From the NCBI RefSeq assembly GCF_035594765.1, contig NC_085844.1, forward strand, positions 85,017,923 to 85,081,922: a DNA stretch of 64,000 nucleotides, in the 5' to 3' direction. Shown piece after piece: positions 11,382 to 22,043 of this stretch. The first letter of the stretch is position 1. Each line of letters opens with the position of its first letter. The notes below the pieces were generated by a model. That model made no database searches. It saw only the letters and a program-made list of their open reading frames with translations, and was not told the DNA's origin. Position numbers and translations under genes: made by a program. This DNA is from Anolis carolinensis (lineage: Eukaryota).

Positions 11382-12620
11382 GCACATGCAATCGATAAAA
11401 AAAATTCAAAAGTCATTACAAAACTGGGGATGCCAGCATTTTGTTTCTAAAGTGTTTCTAAAGTATAGTTAGTAAAAATTTCATTACTATAACAAGAATA
11501 ACAAAAATTCATTACTTTTTTGTTAAGTAATTGAGCAAGTGGAGAAATTTCAGAGGCTTATTTCTCCCTCATTTTAATAGTTATTAGTGTATGTCAGCCT
11601 GTTCAATCTGTGTCTGTTTCTTCTGTACAACCTGAGGCTGACATTCATGCAGAAAATGATGCTTCACTTGAGGAATGTGGGCCGGAGTTAAGTCTCAATG
11701 AGAGGCCTGAGCAGGCGGACTTAAGTGTAGATGAGACAGGTTCAGATGATCTTTCAGCGAATTCTGTAGGGCTACACTCTGGCAAGCGATTCAGAGGCTG
11801 GTTGTCCAGCTGGCAGCGAGGAGATAACCTTGAACCTTGAAGACAGTTTCGCAGCAAAGATAGGGAAATCTCAGAAAAACTCAGATGGTCTGCTCATTTA
11901 CAATTGAAAAGAAATAATAAGCCAGCTGTCTCACAAGGAAGAAAAAGTGGATTTTATCATGGCTGGGGATTTTGCGGAGGGCTTTTATTGAATCATGTTG
12001 CTTTCATTTCTCAGTTGAGGCAACTTTGCCTTAACCCAAGGTTTATGTTTTCCCAGTGCTCCCTGTTTCCATGGATTTATGGTGTTCCAGTTGGCCTTTG
12101 GGATTTTATGTTGGCTTTCTGGATTATTTTATCCAATTTTTGCCAATAGTCTTGTTTTGCTATGTTTCCTGTTTTTACCTGCCTTGCTCCATAGAATTTC
12201 TACAGCTTGATGTTATGGATTTAAACTGAAACATTAAAGACATTCTTTCCTCATTTTTTGGATTGTACTTCTTACTATGTCCTGCTTGGCTTTTTAATAT
12301 ATTCTACAATAAACTGCTTGCTGTATAGTCAGTTGGTGTGTTGCTTACAGTCAAAGGGATTTCTGCCTTGGGGTGCAAAAGTTATCATGAAGAAACTTGC
12401 TATAATTGTACCACACATTTTCCACTGTTAGCCAACCAAATTTTAGAATGTTACACTTGTCCACTAATTGGCTGCTGCTGCTCTCATTGGGGCTTTATGA
12501 TGCTGAGCACAGAATTCTGGAAAATGTAGTTTAAGACAGGGCCTTTTAAATTCTCTGCCCCAGGGGGCCTTACCTTCCCAAACTACATTTCCCAGAATAC
12601 TGTGTTCTCAGTCTCCTAGT
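11380..12620 (+). mobile_element. Probable hAT-type non-autonomous element, copy 3, split by a solo LTR
   Basis: Homology to copy 2 stops at 11584 and resumes at 12381 (gaaacttgctataattgtaccacacatttt). Foldback at about 12508-12602. Confidence 0.6.
11585..12380 (+). mobile_element. Solo LTR, probably Ty3/Gypsy
   Basis: 5-bp target duplication GTTAT (11580-11584 and 12381-12385), AATAAA near 12308, and it interrupts another repeat. The TG...CA termini are mutated. Confidence 0.65.
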
Positions 12621-12783
12621 CTTGTCCTCAGCTAGTCTTTCTGCTAGTCTTGTCCTCAGCTGCCCTTCCTTATGGAGACCAGAATAAAGGCTCTAGAGAG
12701 TCCACTTCCCCGGAGGGTGGGGGGAGTGTTATAGTGTGGATATGGGAAATCATTGATATCTAATCCATGTGTAATGTTTGTGT

Positions 12784-13250
12784 AAGAAGCCATTGAAATC
12801 CACAAGCATGTGGACAACTTCAACAGAAAGGAGGAAACCATGAAAATGAACAAAATCTGGCTACCAGTATTAAAAAAAACTCTAAAATCAAAACAGTAGA
12901 TGGGAACCAATACTCTGAGGGCAGAGGAGCCCCAAGGACGGCTAATGACTGAACAAAGGATGCCTCCCAGGCTAGAGACAAAATCTTTCCAATGCTAATT
13001 AGGGTAATTAACTGAAACATTAATGCTGGCTTCCCAGTGACAAAGGACTCTTGCCACATTCTGGGCTCTCCACAGATATATATATATTTCCTTCCCTTGC
13101 CTAGTTTATCCATACCTCACAACCTCTGAGGATGCCTGCCATAGATGTGGGCGAAATGTCAGGAGAGAATACTTCTGGAACATGGCCACACAGCCCGAAA
13201 GACATACAACAACCCTGTGATCCCGGCCATGAAAGCGTTCGACAACACAT
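12784..13250 (+). mobile_element. Penelope element, 5'-truncated (endonuclease C-terminus, pLTR, tail)
   Basis: EAIEIHKHVDNFNRKEE, closely similar to 43030-43489. 13-bp target duplication gtaatgttt(g/t)tgt at 12771-12783 and 13251-13263. Confidence 0.92.
13123..13163 (+). ncRNA. Minimal type I hammerhead ribozyme motif in a Penelope pLTR
   Basis: cct-CTGAGGA-tgcctgc-catagat-gtgggc-GAAA-tGTC-agg: core boxes, stem II, 3-bp stem I and a GUC cleavage triplet. Confidence 0.8.
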
Positions 13251-14960
13251 GTAATGTTTTTGTTTGTATTTGTTCAGCCTTCAAATACAGCCATAACTAT
13301 GGATAGAGTTAAAGGTATTCAATAAGTATAGCTTTCCAAGTCTAAGATCACATAAAATTAGGAATGCTGCTTGAGGTCTCAAAAGTTGCTCAGCTGCATG
13401 CATGCTCAGCCATGTGCTTACATTGTGTCTGCAAAATGGAACAATCATTCTGTGTTACAGGTTATACTCAATAAATATGATTTGCAAGTAAACATTTAGG
13501 TAGAGAGCTACCTCTTGCTGGTGTCTCAACATTGTAATGGGTGTTGTGCAGGACAGGAAGATGCCTGGCCATGTTGGGGAATAAAAAGTTCATTTTAAAA
13601 TGCAAACTTGAATTTTCCTTCAAAAATCCTCCCTGCTGACAAGGGAATTATCTCATGGTGGTATTCTGGAGAGCCATCAGTGTTTAGCTATCTTATTTAT
13701 TGCTATGGAATTGAAACTTTACCAAACTGGGTCAGATATTCCCTCATTGTTACATCTTCTCCACAAATTAAAAAGCAAAAGTTCTCTAACCCTAGCTATA
13801 TTTTAAATTAGTAACAGACATTATTCATTTAAAACAAACATAAACCCTGCACTGTCCTGGAAGTTGAAAGAAGATTTTAATAGTTTGCTCCTAGCCATTC
13901 TTAACATTAAATGCCAGCATTTTGATTAAACCTTAATGCTTTTTTATTTTTAAGGGGTTCAATATCTTCCATCTAATTCAAGGTTAGCTACATCAGATGT
14001 ACACACGCATTAGAGCTGCCAGGTTAGAAATGTGATGTGACTCCGGATTGAGATGCAGGACACGGTACCACAACATGTCATGACATCTGGCAAAGGCATT
14101 TCCCCTTATTTTTCCACCTCAAACTTTCAGCTATAGCTGTTTCCTCCTATCTTGAATCTTGCATCCCCAATGGAGAGTGTCAAAGTAATATAGAAATATA
14201 AAGTTCTGATATTTTTACCAACATCTCTGTGCCTCCTCCTTCCCTCCCTCTTCACCAAGGAAGCAAGAGCTGTGTTAGGAGGGAAAGGCTGAAAAAACAA
14301 GGTTGAAAAGTCAGGGAATAGTTACAGCTCCACTGTGTTTGTGAATAACAAAAACAATCCCTCTACTAGGAACCTTCTCAACACATTAAGATGTCTGGTA
14401 AGCAACCTAACTTTTTACACTTTGATATGACATTGCTCTAAATGAAGCAAAGGCCCCAGACCCCAACATACCCCAGACTTTGCAGGAGATTCCAAGCTAT
14501 CATACAGTTTTGTGGCCATCTGGAAGGCTGGATTAGATCCATGCAACCTGATCTGTTAATCACATGGACAGTGCTGCTATTACCCTTTTCCTTTGCTGAT
14601 CAGTGCAGGGAAAGAATGGGTCATCCACGTATCACCAGTGCTGACCCCGCAGGTTATGGAGCTCTCTGTGAATACCTGACTATCATGCTCATGGTTACTG
14701 AGGTCCAAATAGATCTCATATGTGAACTGTAAGAAAAAGGTAGAGTGACTTCTTTATAAATAAACAAAATGGAAGGGGCCATTCTGCCCCTTCCTTGCTG
14801 GTCATGGAAGTCATGACCTCAGCAGATATTATTGGGACTGCTTGTGGTGACAGAGGGTAAGGGAATGGCTCATTGGTGTTTATGTGGTCTCAGCCCACAT
14901 GGACCACAATACAGTGTCACAGAGAATTCAGCTTGGTGTGTACATATCATGGTCAAAGTT

Positions 14961-15234
14961 TTGTTTTGTTTTTTCGTGTCAGGAGCAACTGGAGTTGTTT
15001 CTGGAGTGAGAGAATTGGCCGTCTGCAAGGACATTGCCCAATGGATGCCCGGATGCTTTGATGTTTTTACCATCCTTGTGGGAGGATTTTCTCATGTCCC
15101 CACATAGAGCTGGAGCTGATAGAGGGAGCTCATCCGCACTCTCCCCGGGGTGGGATTCGAACCTGGCAGCCTTCAGGTCAGCAACCCAACCTTCAAGTCA
15201 CGAGGCTTTTATCCCCTAGGCCACTGGAGGCTCC
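14961..15234 (-). mobile_element. tRNA-derived SINE with Vingi-like tail (Anolis POM-type)
   Basis: Reverse complement of 46717-46983. B box ggttcgaatcc, tail cctgacacgaaaaa, target duplication catggtcaa (14948-14956 and 15235-15243). Confidence 0.85.
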
Positions 15235-15494
15235 CATGGTCAATGTTGAGTTGATCTGAAGCATAATGCTATGGGCTGATCCTGGATTAAACTACTAGTA
15301 TAGATATGGTCCATATATGTTTGGGCTTAAAGACCTTCCTCTAATCTGGGCACCCTCACTCTCAGGATTCTGTATGCTATAACATTTGGTGGCATGGAAT
15401 TCTACCTATTTGAGTTAAAGGGAGTGGAAAAAGAAAAGGGGCGGGGAAAGTAAATAAAATGTGTGGGATAGTGTGTCTCCTCTGAATGAATGCC

Positions 15495-15881
15495 TGGAAT
15501 AGTAATGGGCTGGATGAGAAAAACAGATTGAAACTGAATTCAGCCACAACAAAAGTGATTGTCATCAAGGGTCCTAGGTCAATTAATTCTGGATACGGTT
15601 ATACTCCTCCTGAAACACTGTGTCCACAGCTTGGGAGTACTCCTGTCTACAAATGGCAGCCCAGGCAGATGGGATGGTAAGGAGTGCTTATTATCAGCTT
15701 CGACTGATATGCCAGCTGTCCCCCTTCTTAGATTCGGAGGAGCTAAAGATGGTAGTTCATGCACTGAGAACTTCAAGGTTGGACTTTTGCAATGTGCCTT
15801 ACATCTGGCTACTTATTATCACTTTGTGGAGAGAAAAAGTGGAGTATAAATAAACATAATAAACATAATAGAAAGCTAAAC

Positions 15882-15932
<51 letters not shown>

Positions 15933-16110
15933 CCAAGTTTGGAAATGCCAGTTGGTTCAAAATACGGCAGGCAGATTTGTTTCAGGAACATCGAGTGAGC
16001 ATATTATACATATACTAAAGTCACCATTGGTTGCTAATTAGTTTCTGGGCAAAGCACAAAGTGTTGGTTTTCAACTTTAAAGTCCTACATGTTTAGGTCC
16101 AGGTTACCTA
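15495..16110 (+). mobile_element. Degenerate L2 LINE ORF2 fragments
   Basis: NRLKLNSATTK, SAYYQLRLICQLSPFLDSEELKMVVHALRTSRLDFCN, and HWLLISFWAKHKVLV near 16025. Confidence 0.8.
15882..15932 (+). repeat. (CAA)n microsatellite
   Basis: Direct read. Confidence 0.95.
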
Positions 16111-16119
16111 CACACAAAA

Positions 16120-16120
<1 letters not shown>

Positions 16121-16176
<56 letters not shown>
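16121..16176 (+). repeat. (TTA)n microsatellite, R4 target site
   Basis: Direct read. It abuts the R4 3' end. Confidence 0.95.
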
Positions 16177-16850
16177 TTATTGTATGACACAGCAGACAAG
16201 ATAGACATGCTGATTTCATATCACAAAATCACAAGTCGAACACATCCCAAGCGTTTAGGACTGTGTGATGTATTTTCGGATGATGCGTGCAGATCCCAGC
16301 AGGGTGGCCTTTTGCAGTTGACAGATCGTAATTTTGTCAATGTCTATTGTTTCCAAATGCCGGCTGAGATCTTTTGGCACGGCACCCAGTGTGACCATCA
16401 CCACCAGGACCACCTGCACTGGTTTCTGCCAGAGTCTTTGAAGTTCAATCTTGAGGTCCTGATAGCGGCTGAGTTTTTCTTGTTGTTTTTCGTCAATGCG
16501 ATTGTCCCCTGGTATGGCAACATCAATGTTCCAAACCTTTTTCTTTTCCACCACTGTGATGTCTGGTGTGTTGTGTTCTAGAACTTTGTCAGTCTGGATT
16601 TGGAAGTCCCACAGTATCTTTGCATGCTCATTTTCCAATACTTTTGCAGGTTTGTGATCCCACCAGTTCTTTACTGCTGGGAGGTGGTATTTGACGCATA
16701 AGTTCCAATGGATCATTTGGGCCACATAGTTGTGCCTCTGTTTGTAGTCTGTCTGTGCGATTTTCTTACAGCAGCTGAGGATATGATCAATGGGTTTGTC
16801 GATTTCCTTGCACAGTCTGCATTTTGGGTCATCAGCTGATTTTTTGATTT
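16177..16850 (-). mobile_element. R4/Dong-clade non-LTR retrotransposon, 3' part (CCHC knuckle and restriction-like endonuclease)
   Basis: ORF 16255-16725: HNTPDITVVEKKKVWNIDVAIPGD...EKLSRYQDL (PD-D/ExK type). Closely similar to 50640-51310. Confidence 0.93.
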
Positions 16851-17189
16851 CCCCCCCCCCCCGGCAGGTACCACCTTGTTGTGGTGGGGGGGGGGCTTAA
16901 CCACTCCAATGATTACTGAGGGCTGTGCTGGCGGTAGTGTAACTACCAGCAGGTCCAACCAAGCCAGAGAGGCCTTAGCTGAGGAGTGGAACCAAGTGCA
17001 CCTAACCTATTAGCATTATGGAGAATCAAACCAAAACAAAGTCTATACTGGCTCGGTTGTCGCCCAGGATAAAAAGGACTGCGGTGGATGCTGCTGATTC
17101 TGGACATCCATCGACAATGAGCTATGGAATCAAATACAAATGAACAGTCACAGAAGCGGCAAAAATATACAATGCCAGAAAACCGCACA

Positions 17190-17190
<1 letters not shown>
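16851..17190 (+). mobile_element. Inverted 5' end (leader and ORF N-terminus) of the same R4 element
   Basis: Lies between the R4 3' part and the second (TTA)n flank. It begins with a ccaccttgttgtggtg...ggggctt leader and ends in QKRQKYTMPENRTI, which resembles the R4 N-terminal R.K(W/Y)T..EN motif. Confidence 0.7.

Positions 17191-17233
<43 letters not shown>
17191..17233 (+). repeat. (TTA)n microsatellite, other flank of the R4 insertion
   Basis: Direct read. Confidence 0.95.
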
Positions 17234-17234
<1 letters not shown>

Positions 17235-18924
17235 TAGCTATGTTGTTACCTGCCTTGTTTCTAGTTTGCAGGGAAAGATTAGATAAATACCACTATACAG
17301 ATAAAAAAATATAAACAACCCATGTAACTTAGTTCTTTAATGTAACTTAGTTCTACATTATTGAGAAAAAGTAGTAATTACTAGTAAATCTTTATTTGCT
17401 ACTAGGTATTCCCAAGGTATGGCATATCCATATCTACTATCTAGACACAGGAGAGATGGGGAAAGAAGCAAAGAAATAAAAGGGTGGATGCAAAATTATC
17501 TTAAAATATGGGGAAGAGTGTGTTTTATCCTGTTACAAAATCTGTTTTATCCTACTATAGCCTAAAGGCCTTTGAGTGTCCTGAAAATGAAATAACTACC
17601 TGACTTTTCGAAAGGTTCACATGCAAAGCATATTGCTGATGTTTTAAAGAAGAATTCTCTAAAGGAGAATTGCATTGTCTCCTGGGAAACAGACTTCTAC
17701 AAAATACATATTATATCTCACCTATTTTTCTTGTCACTTGTGTTCTCATGAGTGCAGAAGTATAATGATTTCTATTTGGAAGAGCACTAGAAATCTCTGA
17801 GTACAAATGTATCTGGGTTTCTTGCCTCCTTTTTGTTTTAGAGAAGCCTTCTGTGGTGTTTTCAACTTCTGAAGGACAGCATATTTACTGTTTTTGGAAC
17901 ATAATTTATCTCACTCAATTTAAAGACAATCCACTGACTAAAAATGAAGACTCATTCTTACAGGAGGTGAATATAAAGTACTGCTGCTTATAAGAAAATA
18001 GTCGCAAAAGAATAGCAAATGACTAACCCCACACTTTTTGAGGACAGTTGGTTCAATTTTTCCCCACCTCTTGCTGGCCTTGCCTTCCTTCATTGCCCAT
18101 GCTGGTGAGGGATGCTGAGAATGAGAAATCAAAAACCTTGACACATGCAAATACCCCCCCTCCCATTTCTACATACTTTAAAAAGGGGGGGGGGGGCTGG
18201 AACTGGTTAGACAGTGTCTTCTCAACTCTTGATACACATGGAAATGGATGAAAGTGGGGGGAAAACGTGTAGTGGGATCTGTTAAATTTGCCCATGTTGA
18301 ATCGCTTCAGTGATGTAGAGTAATGGGCATTTCTACCAAGCATTGGCATTTCTCTCCCAAAATCCTGCTTCATGAGCTTGCTATGGTATTTTAAAAATTA
18401 ATTTAATAGCTAGGAATACCGCAATTTCTAAATATCACCACTTTGTTTTTCCTGACATTTCTCCTACATAGTAACACCGGCTTTCAAAATTGTACCACTA
18501 CTAGCTTTTTAACTTCACTTTCCCTTTTTATTTTGTATCTACTACAGTATCTTCTAGTGCCCAGTAGGTTTAAGACTTCCAAAATTGAGAGCAAAGAGAG
18601 TGGAGGGGAAAGTAAAGGAGCCCAGAGAAGTGGTGTCTGCCTGAAGAATGATGCTTTCTGTCTCCTCTATGGACAATTGAGCCAGAGGTGGGAGGAGGTG
18701 ATTTTGCGTGATGGGGTTAAGCAAATTCTCCATCTTTTTAAAAAGATTGAATCCCATACAAAAAAGACAATTCTACATGAAAAGAAAACTATTTTCCCCA
18801 CTTTTCTCCCATTTCCCCCAGCTAGAAATCCAACAAAGTAGTCTGTGTTCAATATAGACACTTTCTCAAAGAGGAAAGGAAGCTGCTAAAAACTCAGCAC
18901 CTGATCAGTCTAAGGGGGCCCTAA

Positions 18925-19595
18925 CTGCTGCTGCTCAGTCGTTTAGTCGTCTCCGACTCTTCGTGACCTCATGGACCAATCCATGCCAGAGCTCCCTGTC
19001 AGCCGTGGCCGCCCCCAGTTTCTTCAAGGTCAAGCCAGTCACTTCAAGTATACCGTCCATCCATCTTGCCCTTGGTCGGTCTCTCTTCCTTTTCTTTCCA
19101 TTTTCCCCAGCATTGTGATCTTTTCCAAGCTTTCCTGTCTCCTCATGATGTGGCCAAAATACTTCAGCTTTGCCTCTAATATCCTTCCCTCTAGTGAGCA
19201 GCCAGGCATTATTTCCTGGAGGATGAACTGGTTGGATCTCCTTGCGGTCCAAGGCACTCTCAGGATTTTCCTCCAGCACCAGAGTTCAAAAGCATCTATC
19301 TTTCTTCGCTCAGCCTTCCTTATGGTCCAGCTCTCGCATCCATATGGGGAATACCATTGCTTTGACTATGCAGACCTTCGTTGCCAGTGTGATGTCTCTG
19401 CTCTTCACTATTTTGTCAAGGTTGGCCATTGCTCTCCTCCCAAGAAGTAAACGTCTTCTGATTTCCTGGCTGAACTCTGCATCTGCAGTGATCTTCGCGC
19501 CTAGAAATATAAAGTCTGTCACTGCCTCCACATTTTCTCCCTCTATTTGCCAGTTATCAATAGCTGTAGTTGCCATGATCTTGGTTTTCCTGACA
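18925..19595 (-). mobile_element. BovB/RTE LINE, 5'-truncated 3' end
   Basis: KTKIMAT, FIFLGAKIT, SQEIRRRLLLGR, LKYFGHIMRR, RPRARWMDGI...VHEVTKSRRRLND, and a (CAG)n tail. Confidence 0.93.
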
Positions 19596-19735
19596 TTTCC
19601 TGACTCTTTGGTTCTTTTTCCTTCTGTGGACATCTGCCCGTGCTGGAGAGTCTGTGGAATATGCCCCATTGCTGTGGTACTTCTACCTTTTGCTTCAGAT
19701 TTTCTAATCTTGGAATTTCCACTTCCCCCCTCTCT

Positions 19736-19787
19736 ATATGTTGTCGAAGGCTTTCATGGCTGGAATCACAGGGCTATTGTGTGTTTT
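19736..19787 (-). mobile_element. Penelope 3' tail fragment
   Basis: Reverse complement of aaccctgtgatcccggccatgaaagccttcgacaaca (compare 13200-13250). Confidence 0.75.
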
Positions 19788-19984
19788 GCTAATGAATACA
19801 AAAATGAGACAATTTCTTTTTTTCAGACAGGGAGTGGGGGTGAGGAGGGTAGTGTTCAAAGGATAATTCCAATTTTACTTTTAAAATTAAGTTTGCCTTT
19901 TTTCAAGATGGCCAGAAATCCAAGAAATCACTCAATACCTATGCTATGTATGCTATGTTTTAATTGCTGATTTTACTTGACTGC

Positions 19985-20140
19985 TGTATCATTGTTTTTA
20001 GCCTTAGATACTCGTAACTGTTATATTTTGTTTTTGTTCTGTGCTTGGCCCCATGTTAGCTGTCTTGAGTCCCTTCGGGGAGATGGTGGCGGGATAGAAA
20101 AATAAAGTATCATCATTATTATTATTATTATTATTATTAA
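19985..20140 (+). mobile_element. L2 LINE 3' tail ending in (TTA)n
   Basis: gagtcccttcggggagatggtggcgggatagaaaaataaag...attattatt. Confidence 0.75.
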
Positions 20141-20696
20141 TAAGACTTTGGCAGGAAGCATTTCTCTGCCTAAAAGCTTGCTTGCAAATCATATACCAGT
20201 ATATCAAACACATGTCTCCACATTAATGAAGAAGGTTGCAATTTATACTAGAAGGAAACTCTAGTACTTATGCAGTATTGACTGAAATTCTTTGGGTCTC
20301 ATTTCAGAGAGAGAAATTGAATGACAACGATGATGATGATAATAATTGTGGTTCAGTGCCCTTGCTATGGCAGAGAGACTGCCCATTACCAAATCACAAT
20401 TGTGTTGATTTCTTTGATTCTAAGAACCTCAGCAGTGGATAAAGTACTCCATATTTTCAACTACTCTGATTTCACAGGGATGGTCATGGCTAATCATTAC
20501 TTGTCTCACATTTTTTCCCATTTACCTCCTTTGTACTCAGCTTACTTTCATTTCTGTAAACTGAATTCAAAGTGCAAAAGAAGTTTGCATTCAATGGACT
20601 TGGGGTTGGAGCGAGGAAAGATGGTGCCATTCTCAGTAAGCTCAGACCAGAGCTATCTGCTGTAAACTTTCACATTTTGTATGCTCCTTCTTATTT

Positions 20697-22043
20697 GGGC
20701 CAGGCTGTGGTGCAGGCTGGTGTCAGGACCCAGGCTGCAGAGCACCAATAACCTTACACAGAGGCCAGAATCTATCTAATATCTTTATTATAGAAATATA
20801 TAAAGTCAATAAAAACAAGTGAAGAATAAAGTTCAGAAGCAGACCTTTCGGATGAGGTCAAATATAGTCCAGAAATGTATTGTCCAATATAAGATATTAG
20901 AGTCCAAAGTTATAATCCACTTGACCGAAACACACACGTTGCCAAGCAATAGTGTGGGGAATGACAGAGTCTTTAAGGTCCAATGTAGCTTGACAACAAG
21001 GCTGGAAAATAAATTTGATTCTTGGCTAGATCAAAGACTTGAAACGAGGCAAACATGAAACATGAACAGAGTCCAAGGAAGTCTGTGAAACAAGGCAAGG
21101 CTGGAAACTTGATCCGGGAAACAAGGAACTGGGGTTACGAAGTCCACACACGATCTCTCTCCTCAAGCTGAACAATTGACTCCGCAAGGTTCCCCTTGCG
21201 ACCAGCACCTATATTGGGTCTCGTTTTCCCGCCAACAGAACACTTTCCCTAGAGAACGAGAAGCGAAACCCAACTCTGTCCAGATGCATGACTCCTTAGA
21301 ATTTCCCAAGGGAAGCAGACCTAATCATCTAGTTGTTTGGCAGCGATTCTCAGGCTCCGGCGATTAGCCTCTCTGGCTCCTCTATCTCTATTATAATTGT
21401 CCCTCCGGGAAAACGGGGGGGGGGGGAATTCTGCCCAAGGCCTGTTTGGCTACATTCTTGAGGACAAACATCCTCCAGGTGGAGAGGCTCTGATTCTGGC
21501 TGAAACGGCTGAAATCCCATGTTTTCCTCTTCGTCTGCCACAATAGTACTAGGAACAGGACTACAAGGCCCATGAGTCATCACAGCTGGTAAACAGCTGC
21601 TGCAATAAATCACTCTGACCATGAGGTCATGAGTTCGAGGCCAGCCTGTGGCGGGGTGAGCACCCATCAATTAAAAATAAAATATAGCCCCTGCTCGTTG
21701 CTGACCTAGCAACCCAAAAGATAGTTCCATCTATCAAGTAGGAAATAAGGTACCACTTATAAAAAGTGGGGAGGCAAGTTTAACTAATTTACAACGTTGG
21801 AATGAGGAAGTGAGAAAGTGCCATCAGAGTGGATGATGAAGCAGCTGCTCCCCCTGTGGCCAGAATTGAACATCCCCTCAGGAGAAGGTTAAATTGCCTC
21901 TGCAACTGTCTGTCTGTTGTCTCTGTCTGATGTGTTTATGGGCATTGAATGTTTGCCCTATATGTACATAATGTGATCCACCCTGAATCCCCTTTGGGGT
22001 GAGAAGGGCGGAATATAAATACTGTAAATAAATTAATTAATAA
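20697..22043 (+). mobile_element. Anolis SINE2-like tRNA-derived SINE with L2-type tail, split by a solo LTR
   Basis: Head gggccaggctgtggtgcaggctgg resumes at 21585. B box gagttcgaggcc, tail ccctgaatcccctttggggtgagaagggcggaatataaat. A second partial copy lies at 53722-53912. Confidence 0.8.
20721..21584 (-). mobile_element. Solo LTR (Ty3/Gypsy-type), 864 bp, young
   Basis: Intact TG...CA termini, perfect 5-bp target duplication GCTGG (20716-20720 and 21585-21589), AATAAA on the minus strand near 20784-20789, many CpGs retained. Confidence 0.92.

Noticed and set aside
16180-16581. 133-aa plus-strand ORF and the plus-strand ORFs at 50901-52180
   Set aside because: They are antisense to the R4 polyprotein.
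16901-16989. Box C/D snoRNA gene (terminal stem, C-like and D boxes)
   Set aside because: It lies inside a retrotransposon leader, box C is imperfect, and the interior is self-paired with no evident rRNA guide. Kept only as a K-turn candidate.
19242-19970. 242-aa ORF, plus 159-aa (18971-19450) and 158-aa (10443-10919) ORFs
   Set aside because: They are antisense shadows of BovB/RTE coding sequence, not host genes.
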